From positions 510,001-542,000 of the forward strand of contig NZ_CP043316.1 of NCBI RefSeq assembly GCF_008189405.1: DNA of 32,000 bases. Direction: 5' to 3'. Source of the DNA: Candidatus Saccharimonadota bacterium. Lineage in GTDB: Bacteria > Pseudomonadota > Alphaproteobacteria > CAJXXZ01 > 1604HC. The position numbers and the translations under genes were made by a program. The notes beneath the pieces were generated by a model that worked only from the letters and a program-made list of their open reading frames with translations, did not search any database and was not told where the DNA came from. How positions within the stretch are numbered: the first letter of the stretch is position 1; every line of letters starts with the position of its first letter. Of this stretch, positions 8,320 through 16,722 are shown piece by piece.

Positions 8320-8704
8320 GACGCCTCCTTGGCATTTTTACTCCATTAAAAGGGAAACTAGTTCTGTCTAATATAGTCTTCACACTAAAGTTTCTAGCTT
8401 GAAAAGTTTTAGCAGCAGAATCTCTACCATTTCCAAGACCTTTAAAAATAATTGAAAGACTTTTTACACCAAAACTACTCATTTTATTACAAAGATCTTC
8501 TGCTGCAGCTTGTGATGCATATGGCGTAGATTTTCTAGCACCTTTGAATCCAACAACTCCTGGAGAAGACCATGCAATAACAGCTTTAGTCTTATCAGAA
8601 AAAGCACTCATAATGATATTATTAGAGCTTGCACTAATATAAACTGTCACATGTGAATGTGTTTCTTTTTTTCTACTTGGTGCATTTCTTCTTGCTTTAA
8701 TCAT
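8312..8704 (-). CDS. rpsK: 30S ribosomal protein S11
   Basis: C-terminal FPFNGVKMPRRRRV and GARKSTPYASQAAAE. TGA stop. Confidence 0.95.
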   Translation of the reverse strand: MIKARRNAPSRKKETHSHVTVYISASSNNIIMSAFSDKTKAVIAWSSPGVVGFKGARKSTPYASQAAAEDLCNKMSSFGVKSLSIIFKGLGNGRDSAAKTFQARNFSVKTILDRTSFPFNGVKMPRRRRV

Positions 8705-9057
8705 TACATCACTTTCTTTCTACGCCTAACAGACTTAGCATTAGATTTAGTTCTTTGCCCACGTACTGGGAGACCATACAAATGCCTTCTACCTCTTAAG
8801 CTACCATTAGTTTGAAGTCTTTTAATATCGTTATTGATAGATCTTTGCAAATCTGGCCCAATGATAAATCCATACTTTTCAATTGTTTTACCCAACTGAA
8901 CAGCATGAGAATCATCAAGATCATGAACTCTAACAGAATCTTCAATGTTCATATCTTTACATATAATCTCAGCCCTATGATGACCTATACCATAAATCGC
9001 TCTCAAAGCGTATTTAAAAACTTTTTTCTTAGGTAAAACAAACCCATAAATTCTCAC
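8704..9057 (-). CDS. rpsM: 30S ribosomal protein S13
   Basis: RIYGFVLP start and GLPVRGQRTKSNAKS. GTG start at 9057 with GGAGG 7 nt upstream. Confidence 0.95.
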   Translation of the reverse strand: MRIYGFVLPKKKVFKYALRAIYGIGHHRAEIICKDMNIEDSVRVHDLDDSHAVQLGKTIEKYGFIIGPDLQRSINNDIKRLQTNGSLRGRRHLYGLPVRGQRTKSNAKSVRRRKKVM

Positions 9058-9095
9058 TTAGAGACCTCCAACAGAGAAATTATAAAGAAAAAGAA

Positions 9096-9728
9096 TCAAC
9101 AGATCAAGCTTAAAATGCTATTTGTAACATCATTAAAATTTTGATCAGCATTAATCTTATGCAAAATGTTTTTTGCAGCATAAAATTCAAGAATTTTTTT
9201 TGACTCTTCGCCAAAAATTTGCAATCTATTTTGAATTGCATTTTCAGAGATATCATCATCTCTTTTTTCTATATTAAATGACCCACATTTATTGCAAGCC
9301 AGGTCATTATTATCAATAGATAGTATAGCAGAGCAATCAGAGCATATATAACGCTTTTTCAGCCTATTAATCACATCTTCTGATGATATTTGAAACTCAA
9401 TAACACATGATAGCTTCTGCTTTAAATCACTTAACGCATCATCTAAGAAAATAGCTTGATCTATATTACGAGGTATTCCATCAAATAAAATACCATGATC
9501 TGCAGATTTAACTTTTTTATGAATCATATCTTTTATTATGTGTATAGGAACTAAATTTCCTTTTGATATAAGTTGATTAATCTCATTTCCTAACACACTT
9601 CCTGACTCACATTCTTCTCTTAGCATATCACCCATAGAAACTAAATCTAACTTTAGCTTTGCTGACACAATAAGTGCTTGAGTCCCTTTTCCAGATCCAG
9701 GAGGGCCCAAAAATGCTAAATTCAACAT
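9096..9728 (-). CDS. adk: Adenylate kinase (Cys4 zinc-lid type)
   Basis: P-loop GPPGSGKGTQA and lid CSDC...CNKC. Its position between secY and rpsM is the alphaproteobacterial arrangement. Confidence 0.93.
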   Translation of the reverse strand: MLNLAFLGPPGSGKGTQALIVSAKLKLDLVSMGDMLREECESGSVLGNEINQLISKGNLVPIHIIKDMIHKKVKSADHGILFDGIPRNIDQAIFLDDALSDLKQKLSCVIEFQISSEDVINRLKKRYICSDCSAILSIDNNDLACNKCGSFNIEKRDDDISENAIQNRLQIFGEESKKILEFYAAKNILHKINADQNFNDVTNSILSLIC

Positions 9729-11011
9729 TATCTTCTAAATTTTCCTGTCTTCATCTTATTAGAGCTAATATGAGAGTGTACATGTGAGAAAAATTCTAAT
9801 GTTACACCAACAATAATCAATAAACTAGTTCCATTTATATATATATCACTAGATTTATCAAGCAGAAAATCAGGAATAATAGAAATGCTCACTAAATACA
9901 CAGAACCAAACACTGTCAAATGTGTAATTAATTTTGTAAAAAACTGTTTTGTTTTTTCTCCAGGGCGAACTCCAGGAACAAAAACCCCATTCTTCTTTAG
10001 ATTATCAGCAACTTCTTCTGGGTTAAAAGTCATAGTAGCATATACAAAGGCAAAAAACATAATCATAATAGCTTTTAACGCAATATTCAAATTATTATTG
10101 TGTAGTAAATTTTTATACGAATCGCTTAAATTCAAAAATGACAAATTCAAAAGACTGTTTAGTCCAAATATGATAAAACCTAAAAACATCTGAGCAAACA
10201 TAGGAGGTAATACACCTGATACATTTAGCTTTACTGGCATCTCATGATTTTTATTCATCATCATTCTATTGTTAGGAAATTGAATAGGAACAACCCTCAT
10301 TGCACTTTCAAAAATAACAACAATAAGTAACAAAGTGCATATAAGCGCAATATAAAACAATGCATATGGCAATGAAACATGTCCTTTAAAAATCATCCCA
10401 ATAAAATTGATAGATCCTATGAATGACGCACTTATAATATTAACAAAAATCAACATTGAAGAACCATTTCCAATTCCTCTTGCTGTAATTTGCTCAGCAA
10501 ACCACATCACAAGTAATGTAGATCCCATCAAAGACAACACTGTAGATATTCTAAAGAAATAACCAGGATACATCACTAACGGATTATTAGCCTCGCTAGA
10601 ATATTCTAAGAATAAAGACAAAGAATATGATTGTAATATTACTAATAGCAATGTTAGATATCTAGTATATTGCTTGATTTTTGCTTGACCTGAAGGTCCA
10701 TCTTTTTTCAATTCTCTAAATTTAGGAACAGAAGACGTTAGCAATTGAATAACAATGCTAGCAGAGATGTAAGGAGCCAAACCCAAAGACATGATAGACA
10801 TTCGCTCTAAAGCTCTTCCAGAGAAAGAGTTAAATATACTAAAAAACTTCGCATTAAATTTAGTTTCTAGAAATGAAGATACGGCTGTTAAATCTATACC
10901 TGCAATAGGAACAAAAACTGCAAATCGGTATAAACAAACAATAAAAAAAGTAAATGATATTCTAGACATCACGTCCTTAAAGGTTTTCATGTTGTTGAAA
11001 ATGGAATTCAT
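9728..11011 (-). CDS. secY: Preprotein translocase subunit SecY
   Basis: 427-aa polytopic membrane protein with GLAPYISASIVIQLL. Sits at the rplO-secY-adk position. Confidence 0.95.
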   Translation of the reverse strand: MNSIFNNMKTFKDVMSRISFTFFIVCLYRFAVFVPIAGIDLTAVSSFLETKFNAKFFSIFNSFSGRALERMSIMSLGLAPYISASIVIQLLTSSVPKFRELKKDGPSGQAKIKQYTRYLTLLLVILQSYSLSLFLEYSSEANNPLVMYPGYFFRISTVLSLMGSTLLVMWFAEQITARGIGNGSSMLIFVNIISASFIGSINFIGMIFKGHVSLPYALFYIALICTLLLIVVIFESAMRVVPIQFPNNRMMMNKNHEMPVKLNVSGVLPPMFAQMFLGFIIFGLNSLLNLSFLNLSDSYKNLLHNNNLNIALKAIMIMFFAFVYATMTFNPEEVADNLKKNGVFVPGVRPGEKTKQFFTKLITHLTVFGSVYLVSISIIPDFLLDKSSDIYINGTSLLIIVGVTLEFFSHVHSHISSNKMKTGKFRR

Positions 11012-11463
11012 TATATTCCTTCTACTGCACCATTCGCAGATTCAATAGAACTTTTTGCCCCTGATGTAATTGAGTTCAACTTGATTTTAATTGGGAAAGT
11101 TATCGACCCTTTTCCAATCAATTTTAATTTGTCTTCAGATTTAGCAATTTTTACTGCTTTTAAGGACTCTAAGCTAACAGTTTCATTTTTATTTAAAATT
11201 CCTTTTTCAAAAGCAAAAAGCAAATCTCTTAAATTCATTGTATAAGTATTATCTAAGGTTTTTTTCCTAGAAGTAAAACCAATTTTTGGCAAACGCCTAT
11301 ATAAAGGAGTTTGACCACCCTCAAAACCTTTAATAGAAACTCCTGATCTTGCACATTGTCCTTTGTGACCTGCACCTGAAGTTTTTCCGGTTCCAGAACC
11401 AATTCCTCTGCCAACTCTTTTTCTATTTTTCATATTAGATGGCTTAATTAAATTTAATATCAT
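11011..11463 (-). CDS. rplO: 50S ribosomal protein L15
   Basis: KRVGRGIGSGTGKTSGAGHKGQ motif. Confidence 0.95.
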   Translation of the reverse strand: MILNLIKPSNMKNRKRVGRGIGSGTGKTSGAGHKGQCARSGVSIKGFEGGQTPLYRRLPKIGFTSRKKTLDNTYTMNLRDLLFAFEKGILNKNETVSLESLKAVKIAKSEDKLKLIGKGSITFPIKIKLNSITSGAKSSIESANGAVEGI

Positions 11464-11593
11464 GCTAATAAGATATCAGAGAAACACAAAAATTACAAAG
11501 CTAAATTATATTTATAACCATAATAATACACTAAGAGAAATTCAAATTGGAAAATTTATAATGTTATGTTTGCAAATAAATCAGTAAGTTTTA

Positions 11594-12205
11594 TTAAACG
11601 TTTTTACCAATTATTTTATCAAACTCTACCCCTCTTCTTAGGGCAATGATTTTTGGAGATTGCATGCTGAATATAGCCTTAAACAAAGCTTTAACAACAT
11701 TGTATGGATTGTTACTACCAATAGTTTTTACAACGGCATCTTTCACTCCCAATGCCTCCAAAGAAGATCTTACAACTTCACTAGCAATGATACCAGTTCC
11801 AGATGGAGCAGATCTTAAACAAATTCTTGTTCCACAATATTTAGTCTCTACATCATGATGGAATGTTCTTCCAGCTTTCAAAGAAACTTTAAACATAGAT
11901 CTAGAAGCTTTATCAATCGCTTTTCTTACTGCATCTGAAACTTCTTTTGACTTACCTAAGCTATAGCCTGCAGATCCATTTCCATCTCCAACAATAACAA
12001 AAGCACAAACTCTTTGTCTTTTTCCACCTTTTGTAACAGCTGCAATCCAGTTTAATGAAAGAACGTTCTTAATCAAATGGTCATTCACTTTTTTTCTAGA
12101 AGTATCAAATTTTCTAGGACGTCTAGAAGCATCAGATGTTTTTGAAAAATGCTGATTTGATTTTTTTTGATTTATATTTGCATTGCTTTCTTGCATATTA
12201 TTCAT
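11594..12205 (-). CDS. rpsE: 30S ribosomal protein S5 with a roughly 40-aa basic N-terminal extension
   Basis: VTKGGKRQRVCAFVIVGDGNGSAGYSLGKSKEV core. Confidence 0.95.
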   Translation of the reverse strand: MNNMQESNANINQKKSNQHFSKTSDASRRPRKFDTSRKKVNDHLIKNVLSLNWIAAVTKGGKRQRVCAFVIVGDGNGSAGYSLGKSKEVSDAVRKAIDKASRSMFKVSLKAGRTFHHDVETKYCGTRICLRSAPSGTGIIASEVVRSSLEALGVKDAVVKTIGSNNPYNVVKALFKAIFSMQSPKIIALRRGVEFDKIIGKNV

Positions 12206-12570
12206 TAGAACTCCAATCCATTTTCTCTTGCAGTATCAGCAAGAGCTTTAATACAACCATGCATTTTCCATCCACCAATATCGAAAACAATTTTTGTTTT
12301 ATTTTTCGCTTTTAATTTGTCAGCAATTTGCTTTCCAATCCATTTAAAGCTTTCCATACCATAAGTTTTCAATGAATCTTTTGGAAAATCTTTAGAATTA
12401 GAGCTAACAGAGGCGATAGTAATGTGGTTTGCATCATCTATAGCTTGGGCATATATAAACTTATTAGATTTAAAAACAGATAATCTTAATCTATTACCAG
12501 CATTATTTAACCTTAATTTATATCTTCTTCTTTGCTGTCTTCTGCAAAATGATATAGCCAATCTAGACAT
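12205..12570 (-). CDS. rplR: 50S ribosomal protein L18
   Basis: RLRLSVFKSNKFIYAQAIDD, at the position between rplF and rpsE. Confidence 0.93.
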   Translation of the reverse strand: MSRLAISFCRRQQRRRYKLRLNNAGNRLRLSVFKSNKFIYAQAIDDANHITIASVSSNSKDFPKDSLKTYGMESFKWIGKQIADKLKAKNKTKIVFDIGGWKMHGCIKALADTARENGLEF

Positions 12571-13109
12571 TATCTTTTACCTGCTTTCTTAATTACACCT
12601 TTACCATCGGGCAATATTTCACCACCTTTATATGGTATTGGCTTTCTATATGCAACAACTTCTGCTACAAACTTACCAACTTCTTCAGACTTAATTCCAT
12701 AAACTTCTATAAGTGTAGGCTTAACACATACAACTTTTAAAGAAGGTGGAACTTTCACTTCAATAGGGTGACTATATCCAAGTGACATCTCTAAAATATC
12801 TCCCTTTATAGCACTTTTATAACCAGTTCCAGATAACTCTAAAGTTTTTTTGAATGGGTTATTAATGCCCTTAATAGCAGAAACTATTTGCGCTCTAATA
12901 GTGCCTAACATAGGAAAGTTTCTACTTTTCTTTCCAGCTGGATCATTCAGAGAAATCATCATGGATTTATCAGAAACATCCAAATCTAAGAAATATGGAA
13001 TTTTGATTTGAATCTCACCATTAGATCCTTTGATCGCTAAAACTTTGTCAGCAAAAGTACAAACAATGCCATCAGCATATACAATAGGATTTCTCGCCAA
13101 TCTAGACAT
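12570..13109 (-). CDS. rplF: 50S ribosomal protein L6
   Basis: MSRLARNPI start, 179 aa, conserved position. Confidence 0.95.
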   Translation of the reverse strand: MSRLARNPIVYADGIVCTFADKVLAIKGSNGEIQIKIPYFLDLDVSDKSMMISLNDPAGKKSRNFPMLGTIRAQIVSAIKGINNPFKKTLELSGTGYKSAIKGDILEMSLGYSHPIEVKVPPSLKVVCVKPTLIEVYGIKSEEVGKFVAEVVAYRKPIPYKGGEILPDGKGVIKKAGKR

Positions 13110-13492
13110 TAGTAAACCTCACAAACAAGCTCACCACCAACACCTTGAGCATATGCTTTGATGTCAGATAGAACTCCATTAGGCGTACTAATAACAGATA
13201 AGGCAAATCTTTTTCTTCTCATGTTCTTTAAGTCTTTAGACTGAACATAAAATCTTCTTGAAGATTTAGAAATTCTTTTCATTCCTCTAATTACAGGAAC
13301 ACCCTTTATATCATACTTTAAAGTAACATTCATTGATCTATCAGATTCTTCTATATCTGCAATGAAACCTTCACTTTTCATAACCTCTAAAATGCTCTTA
13401 ACAAATTTAGATTTTTGTACTACAACAACCTCTTTACCAACTAAATAAGCATTCCTTATTCTAGCTAAAGTATCAGAAACTATATCATTCAT
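13109..13492 (-). CDS. rpsH: 30S ribosomal protein S8
   Basis: VSDTLARIRNA motif, 127 aa. Confidence 0.95.
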   Translation of the reverse strand: MNDIVSDTLARIRNAYLVGKEVVVVQKSKFVKSILEVMKSEGFIADIEESDRSMNVTLKYDIKGVPVIRGMKRISKSSRRFYVQSKDLKNMRRKRFALSVISTPNGVLSDIKAYAQGVGGELVCEVY

Positions 13493-13501
13493 AAAACCAC
13501 C

Positions 13502-13807
13502 TCACCAGCTCGCTTGCTCAACACCTGGAAGATATCCAGCCAAAGCAAACTCTCTTATTTTAATTCTGCAAATACCGAATTCTCTATGTACACCTCTTGG
13601 TCTACCGGTCAATTCGCATCTTCTTCTATATCTAATAGAAATACTTTTCTTAGGAAGATCATTCAATTTTTTCATTGCAACAACCTTATCTTTCCATTCT
13701 AATTTAGGATCCCTAATTGTTTTTTTTAATTCTTTTCTTATACTCTCAAATTTCTTACTTAATCTTAGTCTCTCTTTATTTCTATAAATCATACTAGTTT
13801 TAGACAT
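13502..13807 (-). CDS. rpsN: 30S ribosomal protein S14 (long, non-zinc type)
   Basis: RCELTGRPRGVHREFGICRIKIRE and a C-terminal ASW. Confidence 0.95.
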   Translation of the reverse strand: MSKTSMIYRNKERLRLSKKFESIRKELKKTIRDPKLEWKDKVVAMKKLNDLPKKSISIRYRRRCELTGRPRGVHREFGICRIKIREFALAGYLPGVEQASW

Positions 13808-14345
13808 TTTGAACCCTTTCTCTAAATGGAAATAACAAGCCCTCTAAAAGAGCTTTGCATTCTTTATCAGTAGTAGCAGAAGTAATAATTGCAATATTCA
13901 ACCCAAATGAAAATGCATCATCACTTTCGAAAAATATAGTATGATCTCTAATTCCAAGATTATAGTTTCCATTTCCATCAAATGCATTTAAAGACATTCC
14001 ATGAAAATCTCTAACTCTAGGAAGAGCTAGATAAACCAATCTATCTACAAAATTATACATAGCATCTTTTCTTAAAGTAACATGCACCCCAGATACCATA
14101 CCCTCTCTAACAGAGAATCCAGCAACAGATTTTTTAGCTATAGCTCTTACAGGCAATTGACCTGTAATTTTCATAATTTGCTCAAAAACAAAATCAATCT
14201 TATTTTGCTCTTTTAAATACTTACCACATCCAGCACTAACAACAATTTTTGAAAGCTTTGGAACCGCAAATGGATTACTTAATGAAAGCTTTGTTTGAAC
14301 TTCAGAAGCAATAGATTTTTTAAATAAATTACTTAAACGATTCAT
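13800..14345 (-). CDS. rplE: 50S ribosomal protein L5
   Basis: NPFAVPKLSKIVVSAGCG, 181 aa, conserved position. Confidence 0.95.
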   Translation of the reverse strand: MNRLSNLFKKSIASEVQTKLSLSNPFAVPKLSKIVVSAGCGKYLKEQNKIDFVFEQIMKITGQLPVRAIAKKSVAGFSVREGMVSGVHVTLRKDAMYNFVDRLVYLALPRVRDFHGMSLNAFDGNGNYNLGIRDHTIFFESDDAFSFGLNIAIITSATTDKECKALLEGLLFPFRERVQNV

Positions 14346-14665
14346 GATCTAACCTCTTTTTCAGATTTTTTAAACACTAAAACTTTTTTATCATCTTTAA
14401 TGCTATATGTAACTTTAGCAGCTTTCCCATCCAAAACATGCGCAACATTAGAAATATGCACAGATTTTTCCATCTCTACTATTCCACCTTGAGTGTCATT
14501 TGTAGGCTTTTGGTGTTTCTTTTTAATATTTACACCTTTAACCACAACACGCATATTCTTCTTATCTACTTTTAAGATTTCTCCAACTTTACCTTTATCA
14601 TTACCACAAGTCAAAATCACAGAATCCCCTGTTTTGACTCTTAGATTAATATTCTTAATATTCAT
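14342..14665 (-). CDS. rplX: 50S ribosomal protein L24
   Basis: KOW motif VKTGDSVILTCGNDKGKVGEILKV. Confidence 0.95.
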   Translation of the reverse strand: MNIKNINLRVKTGDSVILTCGNDKGKVGEILKVDKKNMRVVVKGVNIKKKHQKPTNDTQGGIVEMEKSVHISNVAHVLDGKAAKVTYSIKDDKKVLVFKKSEKEVRS

Positions 14666-14666
14666 T

Positions 14667-15026
14667 TTAATACACCTTCAAAGCTCTAGATGTAATAGCA
14701 GAATCAGTAGCTCCACTTTCTCTAGCAACACATCCTAAAACTCTAGTTCCAAGCATTTTACCCTTAGCGTCAACTAATACAACTGCATTGTCACCACTTC
14801 TCCATTTAAGACCATTTTTTCTATAGATCATGGATTTTGTTCTAACTATTACTGCGTAATGAACTTCACCCTCTTTAACATTAGCATTAGGCTCAGCTCT
14901 TCTAACGGACACTCTAATTTTATGCCCAACACGAGCATCTCCATTACGAGAACCCATATTAAAACATTTCACCTTTTTAGCTCCAGAGTTATCAGCAACA
15001 TTTAATATAGTCTCTTTATAAATCAC
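14667..15026 (-). CDS. rplN: 50S ribosomal protein L14
   Basis: (M)IYKETILNVADNSGAKKVKCF. GTG start at 15026, overlapping rpsQ by 11 nt. Confidence 0.95.
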   Translation of the reverse strand: MIYKETILNVADNSGAKKVKCFNMGSRNGDARVGHKIRVSVRRAEPNANVKEGEVHYAVIVRTKSMIYRKNGLKWRSGDNAVVLVDAKGKMLGTRVLGCVARESGATDSAITSRALKVY

Positions 15027-15255
15027 TGACTACCTCCACGAAACACCAATGTTTTCTCTTAGAAATTGGAGCGCAAGCCTTCGCTTTGACGTTATCCCCA
15101 ACTTTACATGTATTCATAGGATCATGAATCATGAATTTCTTAGATCTAGTAATAATATTTTTATAGACAGGATGCTTGAATCTTCTCTTAATTTCAATAG
15201 ACACAGTTTTGTCAGCAGAGCATGACACAACTTTCCCACTTATGTACTTAGTCAT
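15016..15255 (-). CDS. rpsQ: 30S ribosomal protein S17
   Basis: GKVVSCSADKTVSIEIKRRFKHPVYKN. Confidence 0.95.
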   Translation of the reverse strand: MTKYISGKVVSCSADKTVSIEIKRRFKHPVYKNIITRSKKFMIHDPMNTCKVGDNVKAKACAPISKRKHWCFVEVVSDL

Positions 15256-15394
15256 TCTTCACCTCTATAGTCTTCATTTTAGCAATCTTTCTCCTAATTT
15301 TCTTCAATTCAGAAGTATTTTTTAGGGCTTTTTTAGAATGCTGAAACTTCAACTCTAGATAGCTACTCATAAGTTCTAATAATTTTTCAGACAT
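15248..15394 (-). CDS. rpmC: 50S ribosomal protein L29, N-terminally short (48 aa)
   Basis: Below the 60-aa threshold of the ORF track, so translated by hand: MSEKLLELMSSYLELKFQHSKKALKNTSELKKIRRKIAKMKTIEVKND. It aligns with E. coli L29 from about residue 13 (FNLRMQ.. / ..VRRDVARVKT). It sits at the canonical position with an ATGACTAA overlap onto rpsQ. An in-frame TAG 5 codons upstream of the ATG prevents a longer ORF. Confidence 0.8.
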   Translation of the reverse strand: MSEKLLELMSSYLELKFQHSKKALKNTSELKKIRRKIAKMKTIEVKND

Positions 15395-15663
15395 ACATAA
15401 AATGTACTATATATTCAAATTTAAATCTAGAGAACCAAAGATAAGAAAGTTGGTATGGTTAACATAGCTTATTTAACTAAAGATAAAAAGGTTAACTAAC
15501 TTATATAGCTCACTCAACCAAACATAAAAATCATTTTTCTATGAGTGATTTGTAATCATAACACTATAAATATCCCCTACAACGAATTATAAGAATACTA
15601 TTGTAAAGATATCATAACATTCACCTTAAGCTTTCAGTATCAACTTATATCAAATCTTTCACT

Positions 15664-16170
15664 TCAACTACTTTTAATACCAACATAAATGTCAAAAACT
15701 GAATTGCTAGGATCTTTAGCGCGCTCATCATAAACTTCAAAATCTGCGATATACGCGCGTTCTCCACCAAGGTCACTGCTATTCATTCCCCAGATCTTCC
15801 TCCACGCACTAATACAGACACCTGGCATTTCTCCAGGCCCTTCTGTGAATTTCATATAACTTTGCACAGGAATATTCAAAACTACTAAAGCATCAGAATC
15901 TGCATTGACTAGCTCAGCCCCTTCATATACTTCCTCTCCAACAAAGTAAGTGTACTCATCATGCTCATCTTTTTCATAATTAGCATAAACACAATACATA
16001 ACACCTGGATTCTTTCTATTCGGAATCTTAGATGAAATGTCATTGTTTAAATACTGGTTGATTGTATTCAATATTTTGCCTTTTGTTGGATCCATTTCGT
16101 TTGCATTGCTGGTTTTAACTGAAATTCCAATTAATTTCATTCCCAACAATGTTGTTTGCTTTTTATTCAT
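15664..16170 (-). CDS. GyrI-like / Cass2-type small-molecule (effector) binding domain protein
   Basis: 168 aa from the ATG at 16170, with GAAGGAAG 7 nt upstream; the track ORF extends to 16254. The pattern LLGMKLIGISVKTSN..EMDP..GKI...IPNRKNPGVMYCVY.NYE.DE..EYTYFVGEEV...PGEMP....AWRKIW......GGERAY.ADFEVYDERAKDP.NS.FDIYVGIK is the typical stand-alone AraC-effector-binding/GyrI-like fold signature. Confidence 0.8.
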   Translation of the reverse strand: MNKKQTTLLGMKLIGISVKTSNANEMDPTKGKILNTINQYLNNDISSKIPNRKNPGVMYCVYANYEKDEHDEYTYFVGEEVYEGAELVNADSDALVVLNIPVQSYMKFTEGPGEMPGVCISAWRKIWGMNSSDLGGERAYIADFEVYDERAKDPSNSVFDIYVGIKSS

Positions 16171-16672
16171 AACCACTTCTTCCTTCAACCTATATTGTAT
16201 ATTAAATTTGGAAGAGCAGGGCAATACCCTATAATTATTTGCATATATCTCCATATTAAATATACATAAATCCCCATGACTTACCTTTGAATTTCATAAT
16301 TAATTTGATGCAATAGCATAACTTATTAAGTGTATGGTTTATATACAGCGCATTCATGATTCAAACTATATCTAATGCTTTGTTCGCATACAACATAGTT
16401 TCAATAAAATATCTCTGCTTATTTATTTACGCTACTGCTTTTTTATTTATATGCTCAATTTACTAACCAATCAATATTCTCATAGCTTTACGCAGTATAC
16501 TCAGCCTTATAGCTCTCAAAATATATCACTATAAACTTGATTTGCTGATCTTTAAATATATTTATTAGGAAATGCTTTTAATTATAAATTAATACTCCTT
16601 TATATATTCAATCAATTATTATGCAATCTATTAAACATCAAAATTCCAACAACCTTACAATAAGCCCACTTG

Positions 16673-16722
16673 AGATTATAATATCAGGCGATTTGGAAGA
16701 TTATAATATCAGGCGATTTGGA
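16673..16722. repeat. Perfect 25-bp tandem duplication (AGATTATAATATCAGGCGATTTGGA x2)
   Basis: Read directly: 16673-16697 equals 16698-16722. Each unit contains the self-complementary ATTATAAT (TATAAT on both strands) and GGCGATTTGG. An inverted third copy of GGCGATTT (as AAATCGCC) lies at 16775-16782. Confidence 0.9.

Noticed and set aside
9096-9728. Cys4 (CSDC...CNKC) zinc lid in adenylate kinase as an oddity for a Gram-negative lineage.
   Set aside because: Zinc-lid Adk variants are scattered widely across bacteria, so this is a known polymorphism and not a lead.
7393-15026. GTG start codons in rpoA (8319), rpsM (9057) and rplN (15026), and TTG in the RND pump (28512), as possible annotation errors.
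   Set aside because: Each lines up with the canonical protein N-terminus. rpoA, rpsM and the pump also have good SD spacing: AAGGAGG at 4 nt, GGAGG at 7 nt, and GGAGAG at 5 nt. Non-ATG starts in coupled ribosomal operons are ordinary.
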